Shown here: positions 44,390 to 53,900 of the stretch, piece by piece
Position numbering within the stretch: position 1 is the first letter of the stretch
Layout of the letters: the number at the start of each line of letters is the position of its first letter
NCBI GenBank assembly: GCA_050633305.1
Contig: JBOEGF010000010.1
Coordinates: 128,001-192,000, forward strand
Length of the DNA: 64,000 bases
Source of the DNA: Nannocystales bacterium
GTDB lineage: Bacteria; Myxococcota_A; Polyangia; Nannocystales; Nannocystaceae
Direction of reading: 5' to 3'
Notes under the pieces: model-generated
What the model saw: only the letters and a program-made list of their open reading frames with translations
The model's database searches: none
Told to the model about the DNA's origin: nothing
Translations under genes and position numbers: made by a program

Positions 44390-46744
44390 ATGACCCAGGT
44401 GCCGCAGAGCTTTGCTTCCATGCCCTCGGTCGACGACTTCGAGGAGCAACGGTTGCTGGCCGAGCTCCAGGCGTCGATGTTTGGTGCGGGAGACCCCGTG
44501 CAGCTGGGTCGATACGCGGTCGGGCGGCGGCTGGGTTCGGGCGCGATGGGGGTCGTCTACGAGGCCGAGGACCCCAGACTGCGGCGACGTGTCGCGCTGA
44601 AGGTTCTGCATCCCGACCTGCGGGCCGTTCATGCCTCTCGGGGGCACCAGCGACTCCGCCGAGAGGCGCAGAGTCTCAGTCGAGTCAGCCATCCCAATGT
44701 GATCGATGTGTACGACGTTGGGGAGTCGAAAGGACGGGTCTACCTGGCCATGGAGCTGGTCGACGGTGTTTCGCTGGAGACTTGGCTGGCACAGCGACGG
44801 CGGACTTCGGCCGAGATTCTCGGTGTTTTCATGCAGGCCGGCCAGGGCGTGGCGGCGGCGCACGATGCCGGAGTGATCCATCGAGACTTCAAGCCCAGCA
44901 ACGCCTCGGTTGACGCAGAGGGTCGAGTGAGGGTGCTGGATTTTGGACTCGCCAAGGTTCAGTCCGCGGGACCAAAGACCGCCGACACGGAGGCTCATTC
45001 GCCGCTTGCGTCGCACGTGACCCGGGACGATGCGTTGGTTGGCACGCCTCGCTACATGGCTCCGGAACTCTTGCTCGGTCAGCCCGCGACGGATCGGAGC
45101 GACCAGTACGCGTTTTGTGTCGCGCTGTTCGAGGCGCTGCTCGGCCGGGTGCCCTTTGACGAGGCCGAGATGGTGGCCTCGAAGCTCGCCGGGAATCAGA
45201 CCGACATTTCGGCTGCGGAGGGTGTTTCGCGCAGGGTCTCGAGAGCCTTGAAGCGAGGGTTGTCCCCGGAGCCGTCTCGCCGGTTTGGGTCGATGCAAGG
45301 GCTGCTTGGCCAGCTCGACCCGCGCCCGGGCGCGTTCAGACGTTGGGCGGGGGGACTCGCGCTTCTTGCGGGGGCGGCCGCGGTGGTCACCCCCTGGGTT
45401 GACACCGAGTCGCCACGCGTGTCCAAGGCTGCTGACGTGGAGGCCCTTCCCGCGGGTCGGTGGGACGGGGCGCTTGCTCGTGCCCGCGAACTGGTCGCAG
45501 AGAACGAAATCGCCGCGGCTGAGCAGCGGGTGCGCGGTGTCCTTCGCGAGGCACAGGAGGGTGGAGATCGACTGACGTCGAGTCGTGCCGCGGTCCAGCT
45601 GGGCCGGCTGCTGCACCTGCAAGGTCGCGATGAGGAAGCGCTCGATGTACTGGAATCCGGGCACGTCGACGCCGTCGTCGGACGGGCGCACGATGAGCGA
45701 GCCGAGACGGCGGCGCAGCTGGCCCTCATCCTGTTGAAGTCTGGACGGAGCGCTTCGGCGCAGCGATGGCTGCGGGACTGTCGGAGTACGATCGAGGGGA
45801 CCGACGTTCGACCGGAGACCGAGCTATCGGGGCTGTTGGCGGAGGTCGAGCAGGCTCGCCAGACCGGGAAGCGAGAGGTTGGGGCTGAGCTCGCGGCGGA
45901 AGCGGTCGGGCTTGCACGAGACCTTGCGGACCCCCGGGAGGAGGAGGTGACCTACACCCACGCGGCAACGCTGTTTGAGCTGAAGCGGTTCGACGAGGTC
46001 GCGGTGATGGCCCGTGAGCTGCTGGCGCGGTCTGACGAGGCGGGCAAGGAAACCGCGGCGACCGCCGCAGCGCTCATGTTGTTGGCGGGCGTCGAGTCCA
46101 CACGAGCCCGCGGTGGAGACAAGTCTGCCGTGGACGCATCCATCGCGCACGGGCGGCGTGGCGTGAAGCTGTACGCCTCGCTTCGAGGGGTCAAGCCGCT
46201 GGCACGGGTCCGCGCTGAGCTGAATCTTTCCCACGTTCTCGGCGCGGCCGGCGAGCACGCCGCCGCCGCGGAGACGCTGAGGTCGGCGGTGCTTCGGGTT
46301 CGTTCGAGTCCCGAGCTGATGCTCCAAAGCGGGACCCTCCTCGCCGACCTCGAGGCCGCGCTGGGTTACGAGTTGGTCAAGCTCGAGGCCTACCGCGAGG
46401 CGGAAGAACGCCTGCACCGAGCTGTGCTGATCTTTCACGACCTCGCGGGGCCCAACCATCCCCACCTCCGGTCCACGTTGAGCATGCTTGCTCGCGCGCA
46501 GACTCGCCAGGAAAAACACGACCTGGCGGCTCAGAGCATCGAGCAGGCGCTCGCCATTCCGGGAAGCACGGATGTCGAGCGAGCAACCACGTTGTGGGGT
46601 GCTGCCGAGGTCTCCGCGGCTGGGGGGCACCTCGAAGAAGCCGCACAACGGTTCGAGCTGAGCGCCCAGGCCTTCGAGCGTGTGGACGACCCCGAGGGGG
46701 CCGACATGGTTCGGGCCCGAGCAGGCGAGGTGCGAGATGGTTGA
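44390..46744 (+). CDS. Ser/Thr protein kinase with TM helix and TPR domain
   Basis: LGSGAMG, VALK, HRDFKPSN, DFG, GTPRYMAPE; TM GGLALLAGAAAVV; TPR-like C-terminus. Confidence 0.93.
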   Translation: MTQVPQSFASMPSVDDFEEQRLLAELQASMFGAGDPVQLGRYAVGRRLGSGAMGVVYEAEDPRLRRRVALKVLHPDLRAVHASRGHQRLRREAQSLSRVSHPNVIDVYDVGESKGRVYLAMELVDGVSLETWLAQRRRTSAEILGVFMQAGQGVAAAHDAGVIHRDFKPSNASVDAEGRVRVLDFGLAKVQSAGPKTADTEAHSPLASHVTRDDALVGTPRYMAPELLLGQPATDRSDQYAFCVALFEALLGRVPFDEAEMVASKLAGNQTDISAAEGVSRRVSRALKRGLSPEPSRRFGSMQGLLGQLDPRPGAFRRWAGGLALLAGAAAVVTPWVDTESPRVSKAADVEALPAGRWDGALARARELVAENEIAAAEQRVRGVLREAQEGGDRLTSSRAAVQLGRLLHLQGRDEEALDVLESGHVDAVVGRAHDERAETAAQLALILLKSGRSASAQRWLRDCRSTIEGTDVRPETELSGLLAEVEQARQTGKREVGAELAAEAVGLARDLADPREEEVTYTHAATLFELKRFDEVAVMARELLARSDEAGKETAATAAALMLLAGVESTRARGGDKSAVDASIAHGRRGVKLYASLRGVKPLARVRAELNLSHVLGAAGEHAAAAETLRSAVLRVRSSPELMLQSGTLLADLEAALGYELVKLEAYREAEERLHRAVLIFHDLAGPNHPHLRSTLSMLARAQTRQEKHDLAAQSIEQALAIPGSTDVERATTLWGAAEVSAAGGHLEEAAQRFELSAQAFERVDDPEGADMVRARAGEVRDG

Positions 46745-46800
46745 GTCGAGTCCCTGCCGTCCGCGGGCGCGGAACGCTTGCGGGTCCGTCGTCGGGGCGC

Positions 46801-48825
46801 TCACCCGGGGTCGCAAACACCATCGCAGAAGTTCGTGATCTCGCCGGTCTGGAAGTAGTGCAGCGCGATTTGGCTGGCAGCATCAACGCCGGTGAGGGCC
46901 CCGTGCGGGTCGTCGCCCTCGCGCATGGGCTCGTTGCCCAGGGGCTCGGGCGGCAGGCCAAAGTCGAACTCGACCAGCGCGGAGCTCAGCGGCCCCTCTT
47001 CCTGCTCGAGGCCCCAGACCTCGCGCGGGTTTTCGGCCAACAGGGGGATGCCGATCGTACGTGCCATGACATGGGCGCCGAGGGTGGTGACTTGGTGGTC
47101 GCCGATGGAGTCGAGCAGCAGCACCTCGTGCGGCGGGGTTCCGGGCAGAAGGTCGGTGACGACATGCCGCGACAGCCCTGACGGCTCTGCGCGGTCCCAC
47201 AGCAGCTGCACCAGCCCCAGGAGCATCTGTCGGTCGTAGGCCTGCGCGTAGGTGGAGTCGATGATGTCGACGAAGGCGTCGAAGTTCACGCTGCGTTCGA
47301 GCAGCAGGTTGTAGGACTGTCCTGGGACCCCCAAGATCCCGCGGGTGACGTCCGTCGACAGCGCCATGTAGCTGGCGCCCATGATGCCGCCCTGGCTTCC
47401 GCCGTAGTAGTAGGTCTGCTCTGCGTCGAGCATGCCGGCGCCTTCGAACTGGAGCGCCTCGTCGCCGACGATGCTGGTTCGCAGCATTCGGGTGACCAAC
47501 AGGAAGTTCACCAGCGACTGCTGGAGCCGGTCGGGCAGGGTACGGAAGTTGCCGAGGTTACCGCTCTGGACGGTCAGGCCGACGAGTGCGGGGTCTTCGT
47601 CGGACATCCCGATCCAATCGACACCGACAAAGATGACGTTCCCGGCGTTGGACAGCTCGCCGAAGGCTTCGACCTGCGAGCGGTTGCCGAACAGGCCATG
47701 GCCAAACAACACGCCCGGCGCGGCGTGCTGCTGGGCGGAGTAGGGCACGATCATCGTGAAGCCGTACCTCGCGGTCCCGTTTTGTTGGGGGACTCCGTTC
47801 TCGTCCAGCACCAGGACACCGCCGGGTCCAGGCTCATCGAGAAAAAGAGGGACTTCGATCTCGCCGCGAATCCGGCGGAAGATGCTTCCGGAGACGTTGT
47901 CGTCCACCGAGAGAATCTCGTACGTCGGTCCGTCGCCGACGCTCTCGAGCGCGGCGTCCCGCATCGCAAGTACGCGTCCGTTGGTGTCCTCTCGACTGGC
48001 GACGGTGAAGTCCCACGCGAGCTGCAGCTGTTCTCGGAGAACGCCGCTGTCCTCCAGCTGCGCGAAGATGTCCGCGTACAGGGGACGTCGGGACTCGACG
48101 GCTTCATCGTCCGAGGCGACCTCGTCACGAAGCGCGGCGAAGGCCTCCGAGGCGGCGACCGGACCTCCGGCGTCGTCGACGAGGCCACGAACACCGACGA
48201 TGTAGCGATGCGTGTAGTCCAGCGTGACTGCGGGCTGAATCATCAGCGAGGCCTCGCTGGGAGGTGCGTGAACGTCGAGCTCGGCGAAGTGCGGGACACG
48301 GTCGCCTGTCGTCGCATCGAGCAAGACCGTGGGCGAGCTGTCGCCCAGTGAGTCGCCGATGTTCAGCGGGCTGACCAGGCCGGTCGCAGTGGCGCCCGCA
48401 ATGTGGGCGAGGAGCGTCCCCCCGGGGGAGAAACCGTCTCTGTCGTTGAACGCGTCGGGTTCGCCTTGGAAGCCGGCCTGCGTCGCTGGCATCGCTGCGC
48501 GAGACAGGGCGAGCCTGCGACCACTTTCCGCCTGGGCGTCGGCGGTGGTGAACACGTTGTTGGGAAACGGGTAGCCGCAGTACGCGGGGACCAGGGGATC
48601 ACACTCGAGGTTGGGCCAATCCACCACGGCTTTGCCCCCGCTGGTGCTGCCGCCGCTCGAGGACGACTCGCCGCCTTCGGTCGCGCTGCTGCCCGAGGTC
48701 GTCTCCTGCGACGGTTCGCCGGTGGTGGATCCCGAGCCGCTCGAGCCGGAGCTGGTCCCGTCCGCGACCGACGCGTCGTCTCCACATCCGGCCAGAAGAA
48801 GAGCCACCACGCCAAGCCTGCACAT
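46801..48825 (-). CDS. Lipoprotein alpha/beta hydrolase (lipase/esterase-like) with Ig-like N-domain
   Basis: LAGCGDD; DGFSP; oxyanion HGLFG; nucleophile GGSQGG; GDHQV; DPHG. Confidence 0.8.
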   Translation of the reverse strand: MCRLGVVALLLAGCGDDASVADGTSSGSSGSGSTTGEPSQETTSGSSATEGGESSSSGGSTSGGKAVVDWPNLECDPLVPAYCGYPFPNNVFTTADAQAESGRRLALSRAAMPATQAGFQGEPDAFNDRDGFSPGGTLLAHIAGATATGLVSPLNIGDSLGDSSPTVLLDATTGDRVPHFAELDVHAPPSEASLMIQPAVTLDYTHRYIVGVRGLVDDAGGPVAASEAFAALRDEVASDDEAVESRRPLYADIFAQLEDSGVLREQLQLAWDFTVASREDTNGRVLAMRDAALESVGDGPTYEILSVDDNVSGSIFRRIRGEIEVPLFLDEPGPGGVLVLDENGVPQQNGTARYGFTMIVPYSAQQHAAPGVLFGHGLFGNRSQVEAFGELSNAGNVIFVGVDWIGMSDEDPALVGLTVQSGNLGNFRTLPDRLQQSLVNFLLVTRMLRTSIVGDEALQFEGAGMLDAEQTYYYGGSQGGIMGASYMALSTDVTRGILGVPGQSYNLLLERSVNFDAFVDIIDSTYAQAYDRQMLLGLVQLLWDRAEPSGLSRHVVTDLLPGTPPHEVLLLDSIGDHQVTTLGAHVMARTIGIPLLAENPREVWGLEQEEGPLSSALVEFDFGLPPEPLGNEPMREGDDPHGALTGVDAASQIALHYFQTGEITNFCDGVCDPG

Positions 48826-48886
48826 TCGAGCGCCCACAATCCGCGCATCATCCCGTGGAACGCCGCGCTCCGCTACACTCGGTGCC

Positions 48887-49390
48887 ATGAGGAAAGGCGT
48901 GGCAGGACGCGGCCCGATTCGCAGCAAAGCTCTGGTCTTGTATGAGGGGACCCAGACCCCGCATCGCTCCTGCGGCATCTCATTGGCAGAGGCGTTCGGT
49001 CGTCCCACGGCGTCGTATCAATCGCTGCGCAGGGGCGGGATCACCGGCCATGGAACCTGTGGGGCCATCATGGCGGGCCAGCTGCTCCTCGGCGAGTTCT
49101 TGGGCGACCCAGACCCCACCGGAGCGGTCACACCGGCGTTGGCGGAGGCTTCGAAACGCTACCACCGTCGGGTGGAAGACGAACTAGACCGCGGTTCGAG
49201 CCCGGACTTGGTCTGTAACTCGATGACCCGGCCTCACGGCGATTTCAAGGGACCCCAGCGGCACGCCTTCTGCACGGGCGTGGTTGCTCAGGTCGCGCAG
49301 CTGGTGGATGAGACGCTCCAAGAGCATGGTCTCGAGGTGCACAGCGGGCCCGTGGTGTTGAGCGATGGCAGCAAGTTTGATCCGAGCTGA
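48887..49390 (+). CDS. C-GCAxxG-C-C family putative redox protein
   Basis: HRSC, GTCGAIMAG, LVC, AFC; TACACT 7 nt before ATG 48887. Confidence 0.7.
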   Translation: MRKGVAGRGPIRSKALVLYEGTQTPHRSCGISLAEAFGRPTASYQSLRRGGITGHGTCGAIMAGQLLLGEFLGDPDPTGAVTPALAEASKRYHRRVEDELDRGSSPDLVCNSMTRPHGDFKGPQRHAFCTGVVAQVAQLVDETLQEHGLEVHSGPVVLSDGSKFDPS

Positions 49391-49422
49391 GGCCGACGTC
49401 GTACACTGTAGACCTCGTCGTT

Positions 49423-50838
49423 GTGGTTGATCTGCAGAGCAAGCCGTCTCAGAAGGACGCACCGTTCCGACCATCGGCAGGCGCGGTTCTGGGTGGTCGC
49501 TACCGTCTGGAATCGCCCATCGAGAAGGGCTCGGCCGGTGAAGTGTGGCGTGGACAACACATGTCCATCGGCAAGCGAGTTGCGATCAAGGTTCTGCGGG
49601 CCAAGCACGCTGCCGACAACGATGACTGGGCGACGAAGCGGATGCTTCGCGAGGCACAGCTTCTCTCGGAGATCGAACACCCCGCGGTGGTCAACGTTCT
49701 GGACTTTGGGGACGAACAGGGCTGCCCGTACATCGTCATGGAGTTGCTCGAAGGACGCACGCTTGCGGCTGCGCTCAAAGAAGGCGGCGCGATGTCGTGG
49801 AGTGTCGCGGGTCCGCTTCTACAGCAGATGATCGAGGGTCTGGCAGCGGCCCACGGCGCGGGCGTGATCCACCGCGACCTCAAGCCCGCCAACATCGTCC
49901 TGCAGCACAGGGATTCACGAGCGCGGATCATCGACTTCGGGATCGCCGGCGCCAGTAAACGGACCCGGATCACCATGGATGGCGAGGTGCTGGGCACGCC
50001 GCACTTCATGAGCCCCGAGCAGTCGCGGACGATGGACCTCGCGGAATCGAGCGACATCTACAGCCTCGGATGCGTCGCGTTTTCGATGCTTGTTGGGCGC
50101 CCCCCCTACGTCGGTAAGATCGGCGAGATCGTGCGTCAGCACATCAAGGCACCGGTTCCCAAGGTGTCGGAGCTTGTCGCAGGCGATGTGCCGAGCGAGG
50201 TTTGTGCATCCATCGAACGCTCGATGGCGAAGTCTCCCGAGCAGCGGTTTCAGAGCATGGAGGAGCTGCACGATGCGCTATTCGGTCGGGCGCTGGGCGT
50301 CGCCACCGCGCACGCGACGGGCCGGACTCGCAGTCGTGCCCGACGTTCCCGCCGCGGCCTGATCACGGCCCTTGTGGCGGGAGCGGCCGTTGCGGGTGGC
50401 TCGGTGTTTGCTGTCACGACCCTCTGGCAGGCGGACTCGGGTCCTCCGCTCGCCCCTGCGGCGTCCGTGCCGGTCCAGCGAGCGGTCGCAACCCCCGTGC
50501 CTGTCGCAACGGGGGTGTCGGCGCCGCCGGTGGTGCCCGCCGTTCCCGCCGTTCCCGCCGTCGAAGATTCGCAGGACGCCCCTCCACTCCCGGTGGAGGT
50601 TGCGCAGCCTCGGGCTCGTCCGGAGCCCGAACCGACAGCCGTGGCGCCCACACGGCCCCGGAAGCGGAGAGTGCCAGTGGCTTCGAAGCCTCGCCGACCC
50701 AGTGAAGCGCCTCCAAAGCCCGAGGTGGCGCCCGAAGTCGCCCCCACGGCCCCTTCAACGCCCTCTCGCGCCTCGAGGTCGGAGCCCGAGCCCGGGGAAG
50801 CGGCTGGGGGCCTCAAGAATCCCTTCGACGCCGAGTGA
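49423..50838 (+). CDS. Ser/Thr protein kinase with TM helix and Pro-rich tail
   Basis: VAIK, HRDLKPAN, DFG, GTPHFMSPE; Gly loop variant IEKGSAG; ends LKNPF. Confidence 0.92.
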   Translation: MVDLQSKPSQKDAPFRPSAGAVLGGRYRLESPIEKGSAGEVWRGQHMSIGKRVAIKVLRAKHAADNDDWATKRMLREAQLLSEIEHPAVVNVLDFGDEQGCPYIVMELLEGRTLAAALKEGGAMSWSVAGPLLQQMIEGLAAAHGAGVIHRDLKPANIVLQHRDSRARIIDFGIAGASKRTRITMDGEVLGTPHFMSPEQSRTMDLAESSDIYSLGCVAFSMLVGRPPYVGKIGEIVRQHIKAPVPKVSELVAGDVPSEVCASIERSMAKSPEQRFQSMEELHDALFGRALGVATAHATGRTRSRARRSRRGLITALVAGAAVAGGSVFAVTTLWQADSGPPLAPAASVPVQRAVATPVPVATGVSAPPVVPAVPAVPAVEDSQDAPPLPVEVAQPRARPEPEPTAVAPTRPRKRRVPVASKPRRPSEAPPKPEVAPEVAPTAPSTPSRASRSEPEPGEAAGGLKNPFDAE

Positions 50839-50911
50839 GGCTACGTCGATCCCAACTGTGAGGGCGTTTCTTGCGCGTTCGCGCGCGCCGGCAGTACCCT
50901 GGCGCGCTTTC

Positions 50912-53900
50912 ATGGTCGATATCAGCAACGAGCTCGCGCGGGCAGTCCAAGCTGGGGACTGCGTACTTTGGGTCGGCACCGGACTGGGTGTCACGAGTGA
51001 GTCGGCACAGGCCCCGGAGTTCGCGAAACCTCTTGCCGCGTTCCCTTGGCGCGCTTGTATCTCGACCGTCGATCCCGACCTTGCCAAGGTCGTGTTTTCT
51101 GAGGGGGAAGTCGTCGACCCCTCTCGCGACCTTTCCTTGGAGGGCAAGGACAAGTTCGTGATCGTCGATGCGTCGAAAGCGGTCAACAAACTCGTGGACT
51201 TCGTGGAGGAGGTCGCGCAGACCCGGACGGTTCTGTTCGTAGGATTCGACCCGGACGACGCTGAACTCGCCCGAGCACTGGACTTGTTGGAGCGTGGTGG
51301 CGGCCAGCACTTCGCCGTGGTCTCCGGAGATGCCGATGGACTCAAAGAGCGCGCGGTCGAGGTTCTGACGGCGGGCGAAGACGACGACATGGCCGCGATC
51401 GTCAAGGCGCTCGGAGATGCCACTGCGGATGTCGAGGTGCAGCCTTCCGACGAGTCGCGCGCGGATGTCTTCGACCTCGTCCGCTCCGTCCGTGCGGCGC
51501 TGCGCGATCCCGCAAACCTGTCCTCGAGCGATGCGCTCAAAACGGCCATCGCCGCGCTGGTGGTCGCGCCGGAGACGGCAACACCCAAGCCCGTTGCGGA
51601 TGAAGAGGGCTCTCGCGGCATCTCTCTCTCGGCCCCTGAGGATCCCGATGACCTCGAGGCATGGGCTGCGATCCTCGAGCGCAAGGGCGCCCACCTCGAA
51701 GCGCGGCAAGCCGTGGACCGCATCGAGGACCAGGCCCGGGACGCCAAGCGCTGGGACCGACTGGTGGAGGTGCTCGGTGTGAAGGCCGAGCATGCGCAGA
51801 GGCAGCAGGACCGGGTGAAGTTCCTGCGCGAGATGGTGTCGCTGTTTGAGAAAGAACTCGGTGCGCCTCGCAGCGCGTTCGAGACTCTGCAGGCGCTGAT
51901 CGAATCCGTGGAAGTCGCTGAGCAGGTCAAGTTGGCCGACGAGGTCATGCGGCTGGCTTCGGAGACCGGCGACTGGGCCCCCGCAGCCGAAACGCTTGGC
52001 GTCCTGGCCGAGCGTGCTCCCTCGAATGAGGACCAAGCGCAGCTCTACGCCACCTTGGCCGAGGTGCACGCCGAGCGACTGGGTGCGCAGGAGCAGGCGC
52101 TGACCGCCTACGGACGGGCGCTGGAACTCGAGTCGAAAGAGGAGTGGCTGTCCGCGACCATCCCCCTCCATCGAAAGCTGGGTCAGGAAGCCGAGCTGGT
52201 CGGTGCGTACCTGTCGCTCGCCGATCTCCAGACCGGTGGTGATCGTCACACCTCGCTTCTCGCCGCCGCCAAGCTGTTGCGGGAGTCGCTGGGGGATGAA
52301 GAAGGCGCGTTTGGGGCGGCGGAGATCGTGCTCGGTGAAGCGGCAGCCCACCCCGAGGCGCTCGAACTCGCAGAATCACTCGCGGGGTCCTTGGAGCGCT
52401 GGGATGTGTTGTTCGACGTGCTCGTGAAGCGGGCAGAGTCCGCGGACGGCGACGAGGCAAAGAGCCTCCGAAAGCAAGCCGTATCGGTCGCGCTCGAGCA
52501 CCTCGAAGACGAAGAGAAGGCCGTCGCTCAGCTCATCGAGCTGACCCAGACCGACCGCACCGAGGTCGAGTCGGCCGTCCTTCTGGCGGATCTTCTGCGT
52601 CCTCAGGCCGGCGATGACGCGACCGCTCGGTCCGCACTGGTCGACGTCCTGGGCAACCTCACCGAGCAGACCGACGCTCCCGAGGAGAAGGCCGGGTTGC
52701 TCTCGGAGCAGGCCGCGCTGTTCGACCAGATGCCCGACGGCAAGGACCGCGCGGTGGATGCACGCGAACAGGTGCTGAGTCTGTTACCGGTGGACCACGC
52801 GGTCGCGAAGGCGGCGGCCGAAGGCCTCGAATCCGCGTATCGACGCCAGGATGACCCGGCCAAGCTGGCTGAACTCGCGCGGCAACAAGCGCACGCCGAT
52901 GACGTCGCGCCCGAGTTCCGCGCCGAGGCGTGGGGCCGACTGCTCGAGTTGTGTGATGGACCGCTGGAGGACGAGGTCGGTGCGACCGAGGCCCTCGAAG
53001 CTTTGGTCAAGCTCGTTCCCAACGAGTCGCAGTGGCGGGACAAGCTGCTGGAGAAGTACCTGGCGCGGGAGGAGTACGAGAAGGCGGGTCCGCTGATCCG
53101 TGACCAGGTCTTCGCCGAGCCCGACCCCAAGCGAAAGGCCGCGCTCCTGCTCCGCGGCGGGAAGCTTCGTGCACACATCGGGAAGACGGAAGGCGCCGTC
53201 GAGGCTCTCGAGGAGGCCGTCTCCATCGACCCTACGTTGGTCGAAGCCTGGACGTCGTTGCGCGACATCTACGAGGAGAATGACCAGCCACTCAAGGCTG
53301 CGAACGCGCTGGTGTCCGCCGCCGAACACAACCCAAACCGGGCCGAGAAGGTGCGCTGCCTGTTCGAGGCCGGAAAGGCGTTCGTTGGCGACCTCGACCG
53401 ACCCGCGCGTGGTGTCGAGGTGCTCGAGCAGCTCGTCGAGCTTGACCCCGACCACCGGGACGGCATGACGCTGCTACTCGATCAGCTGGTGGCCGAAGAT
53501 GACCTCGCGCGCGCGTGGCCGCACTCGCAGGTGTACGTCACGCAGGTCAAGTCGCAGGCGGCGATGGACCACAAGCTCAACCTTCGAGCGCTGTCCCTGG
53601 CCGGTCGGTGCGCGCTCGCGATCGAGGACGTCGACAAGGCTCGCGAATACTTGGAGAAGGCGCGTGGTCTGGATGCGACCAACCTCGATGTGCTTCAGTT
53701 GCTTGCCGACCTCGACCTCGATGCCGAGCAGTGGGCGGATGCCTTGCGGAACTACCAATCGGTGGTGCTGGGTATGGGAGACAAGCTGCCTGCCGCGGAA
53801 CAGTCCCAGCTGTACGTGAAGATGGCGCGCGCACGCATCGGCATGGACGAGGGGTCCAAAGCCGGGCAGATGCTCGAGCGAGCGTTGGACCTCGATGAAA

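Noticed and set aside
44369..45691. N-terminal 441 aa of the 650-aa minus-strand ORF as a giant sigma factor
   Set aside because: It is antisense to the kinase; sigma similarity begins only at about 44368.
50535..50562. 9-bp repeat encoding PAV x3
   Set aside because: Trivial low-complexity linker.
50372..50911. N-terminal extension of the TPR ORF
   Set aside because: It overlaps the kinase tail in another frame; ATG 50912 fits the domain start.
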